64,000 nucleotides of DNA, taken from positions 2,848,001-2,912,000 of the forward strand of contig OZ244207.1 of NCBI GenBank assembly GCA_965216875.1, read 5' to 3'. The notes beneath the pieces were generated by a model. That model was given only the letters and a program-made list of their open reading frames with translations. It did no database searches and had not been told where the DNA came from. This DNA comes from Rubripirellula sp. GTDB taxonomy: Bacteria > Planctomycetota > Planctomycetia > Pirellulales > Pirellulaceae. A program made the position numbers and the translations under genes. Position 1 is the first letter of the stretch, and the number at the start of each line of letters is the position of its first letter. Of the stretch, positions 50,510-60,519 are shown in pieces.

Positions 50510-52978
50510 ATGGCATCGGCGGACGAATCAACCAACCAACGAGCAATCGAAATCGATGTGCTCGTCATGCTGCGCAAACGTTGGACACACATCGTTTTTG
50601 GCGTTGTCGTTGGCATCTCACTCGCAGCGCTCTACCACTTCTCGGCGACTCCCGTCTATGAGTCCAACATCGAGATCCTGGTCGGACAGCGCAGCAGCGA
50701 GGTCACCAATAGTGGAACGATCACCGGCGCCAACGCGAGTGGCGACGCAATCCACGAAGACCAGCTTGCCACCCACATGCGTCTGTTCGTCGGCCGCAAA
50801 ATGCTTGCTGACGCCATTGAAACCGGTGGATTGCAAACACTTGCCTCCTTCAAGCAGGCTTCGGCCGAAGGCAAGAGCTTGGTCGATCACATCCTCGACA
50901 ACATCGAAGTCGAGCGCGGAGGCGAAGGCAACGCCAGCGAAGCGATGGTGCTGCGAGCCAGCTTCCGCGACACCAACCCCGACGACGCAGCTGTTGTGCT
51001 TGGCGCGATCTACGAAAGCTACCGCACCTATGTGGAATCGCATGGCCAAAACTCGACCGAAGAAGCGGTCAAGTTGATCGAAGAGGCGCGTGAGAAACAT
51101 GAAGCGGAATTGGTTGCTGCCGATCAAGAATACCGAAATTTCATTCACTCGGTACCTGTTTTGATCGAGGGCGAAAACGTCAAGGACATCCACAAGGAAC
51201 GGCTTGCCAACCTCGAACCCGAACTCAACCTCGTTCGCACGTCGCTTACTGAAGCAACCTCGCGATTGGAGGTGATCGACACCTATCTGAAAGAGCACGC
51301 TGCCACGATCGGCGACGTCGACCACTTGGCTTTGCTGAGCCAAAAAGAAGTGGAACGCTTGAAATTGTTTCTCGAAATGACTCGGGGCGAAGCGAGCTCG
51401 GAAGCCTTTCAAGCCGAACAACCGATTCGCCAAGAAGTGGCCAAAGCCCAGTACAACCGATTGTTGGACCTTGTTCAGAAAGAAAAATCCTTCAGCGACG
51501 CGTTTGGCCCCGGGCACCCGTTGGTGGAAGCGGTTCGACAAGAAGCGGAAATCACGCGTCAGTTCATTCAGGCCAATTCGCCTGACCGCGCTGCCAAACC
51601 AAGTCGTAAGCTCGACCCCGCCGAGATGCTCAAGACCTACACGATGTTGCTTCGAAACGACATCGCGGAGTTCGAAAAACGCAAAACGCTGTTGCTCGAA
51701 GAATCGGCTCGTGAACTCAAGCTCGCCAAAGCTGTGGAACGCGACTTCATGATGGGCAACGCACTTCGCTCGAAACTGTCCCGCGCCCAAGCTCGTTACG
51801 ACCAGGTCATCCTGCGTCTACAAGAACTCAAACTCTCGCGTTCCTACGCCGGGTTCTCAACCGATGTGCTGGCCAATCCCGAATCCTCAGAAAAAGCAGC
51901 CTGGCCGAACCTGCCGATCGTCGGGCTGATTGGAACCTGCTTCGGGTTCGGACTTGGATTGATGCTCGCCCTCGGCGCCGAACTGGTCGATTCAACATTC
52001 AACAATGTCCAAGACCTCGAACATGCCGTTGGCGCCCCTGCGATCGCACACGTGCCGAGATTTGATCGTCGTGAATTGGTCGATGCGATGGAGCTTGAAT
52101 CCAACTTGGATGGCTCGCTGGTCGCCTTCCACTCACCACGTTCGGCCGAATCGGAAGTGTACCGGGTCGCACGCACCTCGCTGATGATCGCCAATCGCAA
52201 GGGATCGATGCAGACCGTAATGATGACCAGCCCGCAACCTGGCGACGGCAAATCGACCACGATCAGCAACCTGGCGATCTCGCTTGCCCGAGCTGGCAAA
52301 CGTGTCCTATTGATCGACGCCGATATGCGACGTCCAGTGATTTCAAAGCTGTTCGGCCTTGAAGACCATGGCGGACTATCGGACGTGCTCTTCGGAGAAA
52401 TCTCCTTGGCTCAAGGCACGGTCACCACCGAAGTCGAAGGGCTGCACGTGATGCCCAACGGCTTGCCGACATCCGTTCCAGCGGAACTGCTCGAATCGCA
52501 TCGCCTGCCCGCTTTGCTCAAGCAAGCCAAGCAACACTACGACATGGTGCTGATTGACGCGCCACCACTGTTGGCCGTTGCCGACCCGGCCATCATCGCA
52601 CCCATGGTCGACTCCGTCGTGTTGACCGTCCGGGTCAACAAGAACGGTCGTCGCCCGGTCGAGCATGCGGCGCGAATCCTGGCCGACATCGATGTGCAAC
52701 CTACGGCCGTCATCGTCAACGCTGTCGAAACAGACAAAAAGCGTGGTTACGGCTACGGTTCCTATTCGCAAGGCCAATACGCCTACGTCGGTCATTACCA
52801 CGATCGTTATTCGGCGCGAGATGGACAACCTCGTGATCTTGAGATCGATCGCAAGAGACGATCGATGCCGGCGCCACACCATTCGCGTGACCGCCGCCCA
52901 CTCCAAGAAAACACTCCACTGATTCCACCAACGAGCGGGCACGACACGATCGATCCCTCGTCACCCATGATTCACTGA
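50510..52978 (+). CDS. wzc: Polysaccharide co-polymerase / tyrosine autokinase (Wzc-like)
   Basis: Two TM helices around a coiled periplasmic region with GPGHP; Walker A SPQPGDGKST; IDADMRRP; IDAPP; C-terminal Tyr cluster. Confidence 0.92.
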   Translation: MASADESTNQRAIEIDVLVMLRKRWTHIVFGVVVGISLAALYHFSATPVYESNIEILVGQRSSEVTNSGTITGANASGDAIHEDQLATHMRLFVGRKMLADAIETGGLQTLASFKQASAEGKSLVDHILDNIEVERGGEGNASEAMVLRASFRDTNPDDAAVVLGAIYESYRTYVESHGQNSTEEAVKLIEEAREKHEAELVAADQEYRNFIHSVPVLIEGENVKDIHKERLANLEPELNLVRTSLTEATSRLEVIDTYLKEHAATIGDVDHLALLSQKEVERLKLFLEMTRGEASSEAFQAEQPIRQEVAKAQYNRLLDLVQKEKSFSDAFGPGHPLVEAVRQEAEITRQFIQANSPDRAAKPSRKLDPAEMLKTYTMLLRNDIAEFEKRKTLLLEESARELKLAKAVERDFMMGNALRSKLSRAQARYDQVILRLQELKLSRSYAGFSTDVLANPESSEKAAWPNLPIVGLIGTCFGFGLGLMLALGAELVDSTFNNVQDLEHAVGAPAIAHVPRFDRRELVDAMELESNLDGSLVAFHSPRSAESEVYRVARTSLMIANRKGSMQTVMMTSPQPGDGKSTTISNLAISLARAGKRVLLIDADMRRPVISKLFGLEDHGGLSDVLFGEISLAQGTVTTEVEGLHVMPNGLPTSVPAELLESHRLPALLKQAKQHYDMVLIDAPPLLAVADPAIIAPMVDSVVLTVRVNKNGRRPVEHAARILADIDVQPTAVIVNAVETDKKRGYGYGSYSQGQYAYVGHYHDRYSARDGQPRDLEIDRKRRSMPAPHHSRDRRPLQENTPLIPPTSGHDTIDPSSPMIH

Positions 52979-53148
52979 CCCAGCACCACAGGAAGAGAAA
53001 CCGAACGGGGCCAAAACGAACGCAGCACATCGCGTCGACGGATGCGAGCGAGTTCCAGAGGCAGGCGTCTCCCCGCCTGATTCTCTGGCCCCATTTGGCG
53101 CCACGCCCGAAAAATTGCTCAAACCCTCCCTCCCAGGGCAAACCATCC

Positions 53149-54696
53149 GTGATCCATCACGTTACCTCCCTTACGAATCGATCATTCGATCCGGCAACCT
53201 TTCATACCGGTATCGAACCGACGACGCAGCGCGTCGATTCGCCAATCGAAGAAATCGTGGCCACACACACCGCGGTTCAGCCGAGCCGCAAGCTGTGCAT
53301 GGCTTACGCAATGGAATCGGTGTTGACCGGCGCACCGCTGCTGTTGCTCGATGCCACCGTCGCTTCGATCGCCCTTGTCACCGCATCCTGGATCATCAAC
53401 GCGAGCCAAGGGCACGCGTTTTATGCCGGAATCTTCGTTCAACTTCCCGCCTTGCTCTTCCTGCAAACAGTCTTCCTCTCGCTACACCAACTCTATCCAG
53501 GTGCGGGCGCTGGTCCCGTTGCCGAACTGCGTGGGATCGCTCGATCCACCATTATCGCCCTGCTCAGTCTTTCGGCGATCAATATCCTGCTTGGCCAATT
53601 GCCGCGGATTGAGTTTGCCACCTTTGCATTGACGGGTCTTCTCATCGGAGGCGCGCTGCCGCCGCTGCGCTGGATGGCTCGGCATCTGCTTGGTAAGACG
53701 CGATGGTGGGGCGTACGCATCCTCCTCATTGGTCAACGTGATGATTGCCTGGCCACCATCGGGTTGCTCCTTAAACGACGCTCTTCAGGCTTCATTCCCG
53801 CGGGCTACACATGTCATCAACGTGACGCAAACGAGTACGGACAAGTCGACCGGTACTTGCTGGGCAACAACTCCGACGCAACCACGATTGCACGTGATCA
53901 TTTAGCGCCGGTCGCGGGAATGGTCTCCTCCGACGCTGAATCAACCGATCTCGATCGACTCGTCTTTCAGTTCCCCTCGGTGGTTTGGATCGACTTCGCA
54001 CGAGCGGCAAGAAAAGATGTCGACACCTCGAAGCTGCCTCACGTGTTCACCACCCGCATGAACATGCCCTTCCTAAGGCTTGCGCCGCGCGTGGCCAAGC
54101 GGGTCATCGATCTGTCGGTTTGCGTTCCAACTCTCATTGTCCTGGCGATACCGATGTTGGTGATCACGGGGATGATCAAGTTCTTGTCGCCAGGCCCGGC
54201 CTTCTTCGGACACACTCGAATCGGACAACATGGCCGCCAGTTCAAGGCTTGGAAGTTCCGCACAATGGTGACCAACGGCGATGAAGTCTTGGAAAAACAC
54301 CTCGCCGAAAACCCAGCAGCGCGCAGCGAATGGGAACGAGACCAAAAATTGCGAAACGATCCACGCGTCCTTGGCACACTTGGCCGAGTGCTCCGCAAGT
54401 GGTCGCTCGATGAGTTGCCGCAACTTTGGAACGTGCTCCGAGGCGAGATGAGCCTCGTTGGACCACGGCCGATCGTCTACAGCGAAATCGCCAAGTACTC
54501 GCGCGGCTACCTCGCTTATTCACACATGCTCCCGGGAATCACCGGCCTTTGGCAAATCTCGGGTCGCAACAACACATCCTACGCGACGCGTGTTTCGATC
54601 GACGAACACTACGCGAGAAACTGGTCACCTTGGCTTGACCTTTGGGTGCTGATGAAAACACCGATCGTGGTCATCACGAGAAACGGGGCATATTGA
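53149..54696 (+). CDS. Priming polyprenyl-phosphate hexose-1-phosphate transferase (WbaP-like)
   Basis: KRVID, SPGPAFF..RIG, KFRTM, KLRNDPR, SLDELPQLWNVLRGEMSLVGPRP and PGITGLWQISGR. Confidence 0.93.
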   Translation: MIHHVTSLTNRSFDPATFHTGIEPTTQRVDSPIEEIVATHTAVQPSRKLCMAYAMESVLTGAPLLLLDATVASIALVTASWIINASQGHAFYAGIFVQLPALLFLQTVFLSLHQLYPGAGAGPVAELRGIARSTIIALLSLSAINILLGQLPRIEFATFALTGLLIGGALPPLRWMARHLLGKTRWWGVRILLIGQRDDCLATIGLLLKRRSSGFIPAGYTCHQRDANEYGQVDRYLLGNNSDATTIARDHLAPVAGMVSSDAESTDLDRLVFQFPSVVWIDFARAARKDVDTSKLPHVFTTRMNMPFLRLAPRVAKRVIDLSVCVPTLIVLAIPMLVITGMIKFLSPGPAFFGHTRIGQHGRQFKAWKFRTMVTNGDEVLEKHLAENPAARSEWERDQKLRNDPRVLGTLGRVLRKWSLDELPQLWNVLRGEMSLVGPRPIVYSEIAKYSRGYLAYSHMLPGITGLWQISGRNNTSYATRVSIDEHYARNWSPWLDLWVLMKTPIVVITRNGAY

Positions 54697-54698
54697 TC

Positions 54699-55868
54699 AT
54701 GAAGGTAGCGCTCGCCCACCATTGGTTGACGCAGCATCGCGGGGGCGAAAAGGTCCTCGAGAACATTGCGGGGATCTTTCCTGGCTGTGATCTCTATACG
54801 TTGATTCACAATCGCCGTCTCGACCTCGATTGGCTTGACGTCGCCAACATCAACACGAGCTTTCTCGATCGCGTTCCAGGGTCACCAAAGCTCTACCGAC
54901 ACCTGCTTCCACTCCACCCCGCCGCGATCGGCCGGATGCGTGTGCCAAGCGACGTGGACCTGTTGATCAGCAGTGATGCCGCGATGATCAAAGGCCTGAA
55001 CTTCGCTGCTTCCACCAAACACGTTTGCTATTGCCATTCGCCTCCACGGTATCTGTGGGAAATGGGCAATCAATACAAACGCACTTCGCTGGCTGCGCGG
55101 GTAGCGCTGGACCGATTCGCACCTGCGCTGCGCCGATTCGATTTCGATGCTGCCCAGAAAGTCACGCAGTTCATTGCCAATTCGCATTTTGTCGCCGATC
55201 GAATTCGCAAGTACTACCAACGCGACGCTCAAGTCGTTTACCCGCCCGTCGCAGTCGAGGACTTTCAGTGGAAACAAAACCGCGAAGGCTTTGCTTTGGT
55301 GGTATCCGAGCTCGTTCCCTACAAACGTATCGACATCGCAATTGAAGCGTTCAATCGAATCGGGCGTAGACTTGTCGTCATTGGCGACGGACCTGAGCGT
55401 CGTCGATTGCAGGCTGCGGCAGGCCCCAACATTCAATTCCTCGGTCGCCAACCCTTCCGAACGCTGAAGTCACACTTCCAGCGCGCCGCAATGTTCATCT
55501 TCCCTGGTGTCGAAGACTTCGGGATCACGCCCGTCGAATCACAGGCAGCCGGATGTCCGGTGATTGCTTATCGCGCCGGCGGCGCATTGGAAACGGTGAT
55601 CGAAGAGCGCACTGGAATCTTCTTCGACGAACAAAACGCAGAATCACTTGCAGACGCCGTCACGTCCCACGCGGCATCACGTTTGGAGGCAGCGGATTGT
55701 CGCGTGAACGCGGAGAAATTCTCGGCCGAGACGTTTCGCCAACGCTTCTCGGCCACGGTCTCGAGGCTTGCGCACGCTTCGCCGCCGCACGCCCCGATCG
55801 CGCGGCCTGCGATGTTCCTGCCAATGCCGACCGGTGACCACACGCCCACAACGCGCGAGGGTGTCTAG
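54699..55868 (+). CDS. GT4 family glycosyltransferase (mannosyltransferase-like)
   Basis: KVALAHHWL..RGGEKVL, YCHSPPRYLW, ELVPYKR and EDFGITPVESQAAG. Confidence 0.92.
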   Translation: MKVALAHHWLTQHRGGEKVLENIAGIFPGCDLYTLIHNRRLDLDWLDVANINTSFLDRVPGSPKLYRHLLPLHPAAIGRMRVPSDVDLLISSDAAMIKGLNFAASTKHVCYCHSPPRYLWEMGNQYKRTSLAARVALDRFAPALRRFDFDAAQKVTQFIANSHFVADRIRKYYQRDAQVVYPPVAVEDFQWKQNREGFALVVSELVPYKRIDIAIEAFNRIGRRLVVIGDGPERRRLQAAAGPNIQFLGRQPFRTLKSHFQRAAMFIFPGVEDFGITPVESQAAGCPVIAYRAGGALETVIEERTGIFFDEQNAESLADAVTSHAASRLEAADCRVNAEKFSAETFRQRFSATVSRLAHASPPHAPIARPAMFLPMPTGDHTPTTREGV

Positions 55869-55890
55869 CGCTACCGCCTAGCAAACGCAC

Positions 55891-57129
55891 ATGAATTTTC
55901 CAATCGCATCCGTCATCGCTGTTTCGACGCTGATCGTTTTGTTAGCGTTCCCCAAAGCGGGCGTCTATGCGGGCAACATCCCGCTCACTGCTGGCTACGT
56001 GCTGTTGGCTTTGACAGGGCTCTTGCAACTGATTCGTTTGGCCAATCGTGGCGGCGTCAAACTGCGAGCCGACTACGTCTTCCTGGGCCTGATGTTTCTG
56101 CTGCTTGGCGTTCTACAAGCGGGTGCCTTTTCGATGTACGGGACGCAATCCCTTGGCTCGGCCGTTTCGATTGTTGCCAGCACGCTAATTGTTCCCTGCC
56201 TTGCACTGCTCAGTGTCCACTGGCTTGTCGACACACTTGGGCTCGACCGATTCATGCGAACGCTTCGAGTCGCTTTGTTGATTGTCTTCGTTTTTGGCAT
56301 CGCTTCGTTCGCAGTCTACAACACAACGGGCAAGGTCATCGGGATCCCGTTTGTGACGACGACAGGCGCCGATGTCAGCTTGGTTGCCGACCGCCACAAC
56401 CTTCGCGGCTCGATGATCAAGATGTTCTCAACTTACAACAACGGGAACATTTTGGGAGTCAACGTTTTGATCTGGGGTGCGGTGGCCGCGGCAGGCACTA
56501 CCTTTTCGCTCATGCAGTTCCGTTCGATTTGCGTGCTGACCCTTTCGCGAAGCGTTTGGCTTGGCCTTGCGGCAATGGAATTGGCCCACGCTTTCTTGCG
56601 TCGAAGTGTTCGCGGCATCGCCTACTCCGTTGCGTTTGTCGTTCTCCTTACCGTCGTCGTCGCTGCCGCATCGATTTCCATCGGCCGCGACCCGACCGAT
56701 TTTCTGCTCGACGCGAACTTGGGCGGTCGCGTCGCCAGCTTTCAAGAAAACCTTTATCGCAGTCAAAAGGTCGGATGGACCAACGAGAGTCTTTACGCAG
56801 CATCGTATCTGGCGCTCGGCCCCCTGGGTGCAATCTTGCTGGTTGCAACCTGGGTCGTCCCGATCGTTCGCGGCGGCACCAATCGCCTGCAAACCAATTG
56901 TCGCGTCGCGCTGGGGGTTTACATGTTTGTCGCCGCCGCGGAAGCCGCCTTCAACCTGGTTCCAACTCAGGCTTCCTACTGGATGATCGCTGGCCTTGCG
57001 ATGGGAGCCGGACAGGACCAAGCGGCCGCGCAAGACGACGACAACAAAGACGCTCCCCTTTCCATCGTTTCCGCGCGAGACAGGCGTCTGCTCGAGCATC
57101 AACAATGGAAATCGCGTCGGTCGGCCTAG
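55891..57129 (+). CDS. Putative Wzy-like polysaccharide polymerase
   Basis: About 10-11 TM; STYNNGNILG and LTLSRSVW; last gene of the polysaccharide cluster. Confidence 0.6.
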   Translation: MNFPIASVIAVSTLIVLLAFPKAGVYAGNIPLTAGYVLLALTGLLQLIRLANRGGVKLRADYVFLGLMFLLLGVLQAGAFSMYGTQSLGSAVSIVASTLIVPCLALLSVHWLVDTLGLDRFMRTLRVALLIVFVFGIASFAVYNTTGKVIGIPFVTTTGADVSLVADRHNLRGSMIKMFSTYNNGNILGVNVLIWGAVAAAGTTFSLMQFRSICVLTLSRSVWLGLAAMELAHAFLRRSVRGIAYSVAFVVLLTVVVAAASISIGRDPTDFLLDANLGGRVASFQENLYRSQKVGWTNESLYAASYLALGPLGAILLVATWVVPIVRGGTNRLQTNCRVALGVYMFVAAAEAAFNLVPTQASYWMIAGLAMGAGQDQAAAQDDDNKDAPLSIVSARDRRLLEHQQWKSRRSA

Positions 57130-57229
57130 GTAACGCCGCGTCTACGGCCTTTCCAGACGCGGTATGCTGTACGCCCGCCACTCATTGACCACCAGCGACC
57201 TCATCATTGCGGATTGATGTTGTTTGACA

Positions 57230-57808
57230 ATGAATGTATCGATACGCGAGTTCCTGGAAGAAGATGCCGAGCCCATCTTTGCTTTACGCAACGACCCGCG
57301 GCTTCGGCAAATGCAATACCGACCGTCACGCGCGGAAACCCCGCAACTGCTAACCGCATGCGTTCACACCGGCGATGAACTTCCCGACTTCGGACTCAAA
57401 TGCTCGACCGTTCTGGTCGATGAATCCTTCGCTGGACACATCTTCCAAAACCACTGGACGCGACTCGACGGGATTCTCGCAATCGAACTTGGTTGGAACC
57501 TGCTCCCAGAACTTTGGGGGCACGGGATCATGGCGCAAGCACTTACGCTCCTCTTTGACACTCGCTTTCAGTCACGCGATGACATTGTTTTCAATGCATC
57601 CTGCTTTCAGTCGAACGTTCGATGCCAGCGGGTAATCGACAAACTTGGTTTTGAATACATCCGGCTGACGTTGTTCGAACGATTCTCGCACTTTACCAAG
57701 ACGTGGGGACGGCAGCGCGTGATGAAACACCAGCTGACATACAACCACTGGCAAACGAACAAGCAAAAGCGTGACAGTCAGTCCGCTATTCCTTCGGGTA
57801 CCCGGTAA
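57230..57808 (+). CDS. GNAT family N-acetyltransferase (RimJ/RimL-like)
   Basis: ELGWNLLPELWGHGIM and N.RCQRVIDKLGF. Confidence 0.85.
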   Translation: MNVSIREFLEEDAEPIFALRNDPRLRQMQYRPSRAETPQLLTACVHTGDELPDFGLKCSTVLVDESFAGHIFQNHWTRLDGILAIELGWNLLPELWGHGIMAQALTLLFDTRFQSRDDIVFNASCFQSNVRCQRVIDKLGFEYIRLTLFERFSHFTKTWGRQRVMKHQLTYNHWQTNKQKRDSQSAIPSGTR

Positions 57809-58184
57809 ACTCTTTCAAGGCCGGTGCGCTGGCCGCTGCATAGCAATGCGTCTTCTCGGGTGTCATCCAAGACATGACGATCAATGTATCGTCACGAATC
57901 GATTGATCACGCTCGTCGTCAGATGGCCAATTGATCGACTGCGAAAGCTGCTCGTGTAGAGTAATCCATTGTTCCACCGTCAATCCCATCTCACGATGTG
58001 GGTGGTAGCTTACATTCGCCCCCGCTTGGCCCGAGCTTGGAACAAAGGGAATGTTGTAGGTAATCACATCCTTTTGACCAGCAGCTCTCAGTTTCTCCAC
58101 TTGAGTTCTTGCGTCGAGTTCATATTCAAACGCAGAATGAACATGCTTGCGTGTCGGCACATGCACGATCCAGACTTCGTCCAT
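57786..58184 (-). CDS. Hypothetical protein
   Basis: 132-aa ATG ORF with plausible composition; 3' end overlaps the GNAT gene by 23 nt. Confidence 0.55.
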   Translation of the reverse strand: MDEVWIVHVPTRKHVHSAFEYELDARTQVEKLRAAGQKDVITYNIPFVPSSGQAGANVSYHPHREMGLTVEQWITLHEQLSQSINWPSDDERDQSIRDDTLIVMSWMTPEKTHCYAAASAPALKEFTGYPKE

Positions 58185-58497
58185 CGACTTGCCCCGGATT
58201 CCTGCTCAAAGAAGCTGCGTCAAGACCCGGCAGGAAAAGTCTCGGCGTGGGCTGGAGACCGGTATGAGGGTTGTCGTATCCGGTCCATTGGGGATTGCGA
58301 CTCTACGTGGATCGTCCGAGGCGTTCAAGTCGAATCGGGCTGGCTAAAAAAACGCCGTTTGACCAACATTCAATCAAACAACTCAACCACCTTTCCATCA
58401 TGCGAAACTGCATAGCTATTTGCGAATCATCGCCCGATTCGATGGCAAGCAATGTCATGCTGATCGAGTTCCTGAGTCCACAACCTGCAACCGCATC

Positions 58498-59073
58498 ATG
58501 AAAACCCAACTCGATTCAATCAAAGTCCTTCGTCAGACGATCGACTCCTATCGCAACCTCATCGACAAAACCCTTGAGCAACTGACCGACGAGGAACTGG
58601 TCCTGCGACCATCAAGCGATGTCAACTCAGTCGCAGTGATCTTGCGGCACTTGGGTGGGAATTTGGTCAGTCGATGGACCGACTTTTTGACGACCGACGG
58701 CGAGAAAGAAACTCGCAACCGCGACCGAGAATTCGAAGACTGGAATGGCACTCGCAGCGAATTGCTCGCCTATTTCAACGAGGGCTGGAGTGCCCTCGTG
58801 TTTGCCCTGGAAACGATCGATCAATCGAACATCGATCAGGAGATCACCATTCGCGGAGAAAAACACACGGTGCTGCAAGCCGCGGTCCGTTCCGTCACCC
58901 ACATCACATACCACGCTGGCCAGATCGCGTTGGTCGCGCGTTTGGTTCACAAGGGCGATTGGCAATGGCTAACGATCGCTCCGAATCAATCCAAAGATTT
59001 CAACCGCGATACCTGGGGGACGTCCAAGAGCCGCGCTGTGTTTGATGCCGATGACGATTCAGAGCCAACTTAG
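58498..59073 (+). CDS. DinB superfamily protein (DUF1572-like)
   Basis: NSVAVILRHLGGNLVSRWTDFLTTDGEK..RNRDREF, TIRGE and H..YHAGQI. Confidence 0.9.
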   Translation: MKTQLDSIKVLRQTIDSYRNLIDKTLEQLTDEELVLRPSSDVNSVAVILRHLGGNLVSRWTDFLTTDGEKETRNRDREFEDWNGTRSELLAYFNEGWSALVFALETIDQSNIDQEITIRGEKHTVLQAAVRSVTHITYHAGQIALVARLVHKGDWQWLTIAPNQSKDFNRDTWGTSKSRAVFDADDDSEPT

Positions 59074-59102
59074 TGCTTCAGGTTGCAATTGTGCTCCCAC
59101 CA

Positions 59103-59212
59103 ACACTCTCCCTTGGGAGTCGGGCTCTAAGGCCCGGAGAGGGCCTGTTTGGAAACGCGCATTCCCTCCCCGGACTTTGCGTCCGCCCCACCCGCAAGCG
59201 GGAGGGTGATTG
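59103..59212. repeat. Composite multi-hairpin REP/MITE-like element, family C, copy 2
   Basis: Near-identical to 42820-42931 apart from a 2-nt deletion, a few substitutions and a variable centre; between convergent genes. Confidence 0.9.
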
Positions 59213-59267
59213 CCCGCACAAATCCTCATCGACCTCAACGCGCGACAACTCACGCGGGGCAGGGCAG

Positions 59268-60386
59268 CTACTGATTCAGGGACTGCGCCCACATCACAAA
59301 AATTTCCCGCAACACTTTGCTTCCGTTGGAGCTGTTGGACAACATCACCAGCCCATCGCCAGATTCGGGACGCAACAGCATCGCGGCTTCCCAGCCTCGA
59401 TTCGACCCCAGATGGCCTAGCACAAAGTAGGGACCGTGTTGCATCTGCTGGTATCCCAAACCGCTGGTTCGCACAGTACCTAGGGTCACAACCTGTTTGT
59501 GCATGAGTTTGAGCGTCGCTCCGGAGAGGACGGCGCTCGGTTGTTTCGGATCCGTTTTCATCGACTCGGCCGCAAAGGCAGTCAGGTCTTGGCACGTTGT
59601 CGAGATTCCCGCCGCGGCAACTGCCGTGAATTGGAGCGGGGCGATGGGCGCCCCGTTCTCGTCATAGGGCGTGGCCGTGTCATCCGAATCGCTCCAACCA
59701 AAATGACTTGAGCTCATCTGAAGTGGTCCCAACACCTCTTCCTGCATGTAATCGGCAAACGCCCGTTGCGACTGGTCCTCGACCATCAGCTGCGCGACCG
59801 TGTAGCCGCCACCAGAGTACTGACGCTTTTCACCGGGCTCATAGACAATCCGCACATCGCCAGCTCCATTCGTATTCCCCGCCAGCGACTCTTCGAGACT
59901 CGGCAACTCGCTAGGATCGGTAAACCCGGGGTAGCCGTGCAGTGACAACCCTGCCGTGTGACTCAGCAGCCGACGCAAGGTGACGCCTTCGGATGAGAAT
60001 TCCGAATCAGGAAACCGCCATGTCTTGAGATACTTCTCGATGGGGGCATCAAGGTCGACCAACTTCTTTTCCACCAGCTTCATGATGCCCCATGCCGAAA
60101 CGGTTTTGGAAATCGACCCTGCGTTGAACACCGTGTCTCGTGTGACCGGCTTCTTCGACTCAACATCAGCGAGCCCAAAGCCATCCGTCCATAGCACCTT
60201 CCCGTCACGTACGACTCCGATCGCAACCCCGGGGACCTTTTCACGCTGCAGCAGTTTGGGAACCTCTGTTTCAAGCGTCGCTCGCAACTCGGATCTTTCA
60301 GCCGCCGGCTCATCGGCAAAACCAACGCTTGACCCCGCCGCAATCACAGCAGCAAACAAGAAACGCAGATGATCGGCGGCAAACAT
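59268..60386 (-). CDS. Serine hydrolase, beta-lactamase/AmpC-like family
   Basis: Signal peptide; FNAGSISK (SxxK), LLSHTAGL, YSGGGY and GHLGSNRG. Confidence 0.92.
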   Translation of the reverse strand: MFAADHLRFLFAAVIAAGSSVGFADEPAAERSELRATLETEVPKLLQREKVPGVAIGVVRDGKVLWTDGFGLADVESKKPVTRDTVFNAGSISKTVSAWGIMKLVEKKLVDLDAPIEKYLKTWRFPDSEFSSEGVTLRRLLSHTAGLSLHGYPGFTDPSELPSLEESLAGNTNGAGDVRIVYEPGEKRQYSGGGYTVAQLMVEDQSQRAFADYMQEEVLGPLQMSSSHFGWSDSDDTATPYDENGAPIAPLQFTAVAAAGISTTCQDLTAFAAESMKTDPKQPSAVLSGATLKLMHKQVVTLGTVRTSGLGYQQMQHGPYFVLGHLGSNRGWEAAMLLRPESGDGLVMLSNSSNGSKVLREIFVMWAQSLNQ

Positions 60387-60519
60387 AGAGCTTAATTCTC
60401 AATAAACAAAACGAAGGGTTGTTCAGCACTGGTGTGACGACGAAAGCCTTTCGTAATCCACAACAAAGTATTGGGCAAATTCCGATATGAATCTTGTCTT
60501 CCCTCGAGGGTCAACCGAT

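Noticed and set aside
50618..51790. 390-aa antisense ORF inside wzc, and similar long antisense ORFs in sdhA and the giant genes
   Set aside because: Typical shadow frames of GC-rich coding DNA with no recognisable motifs.
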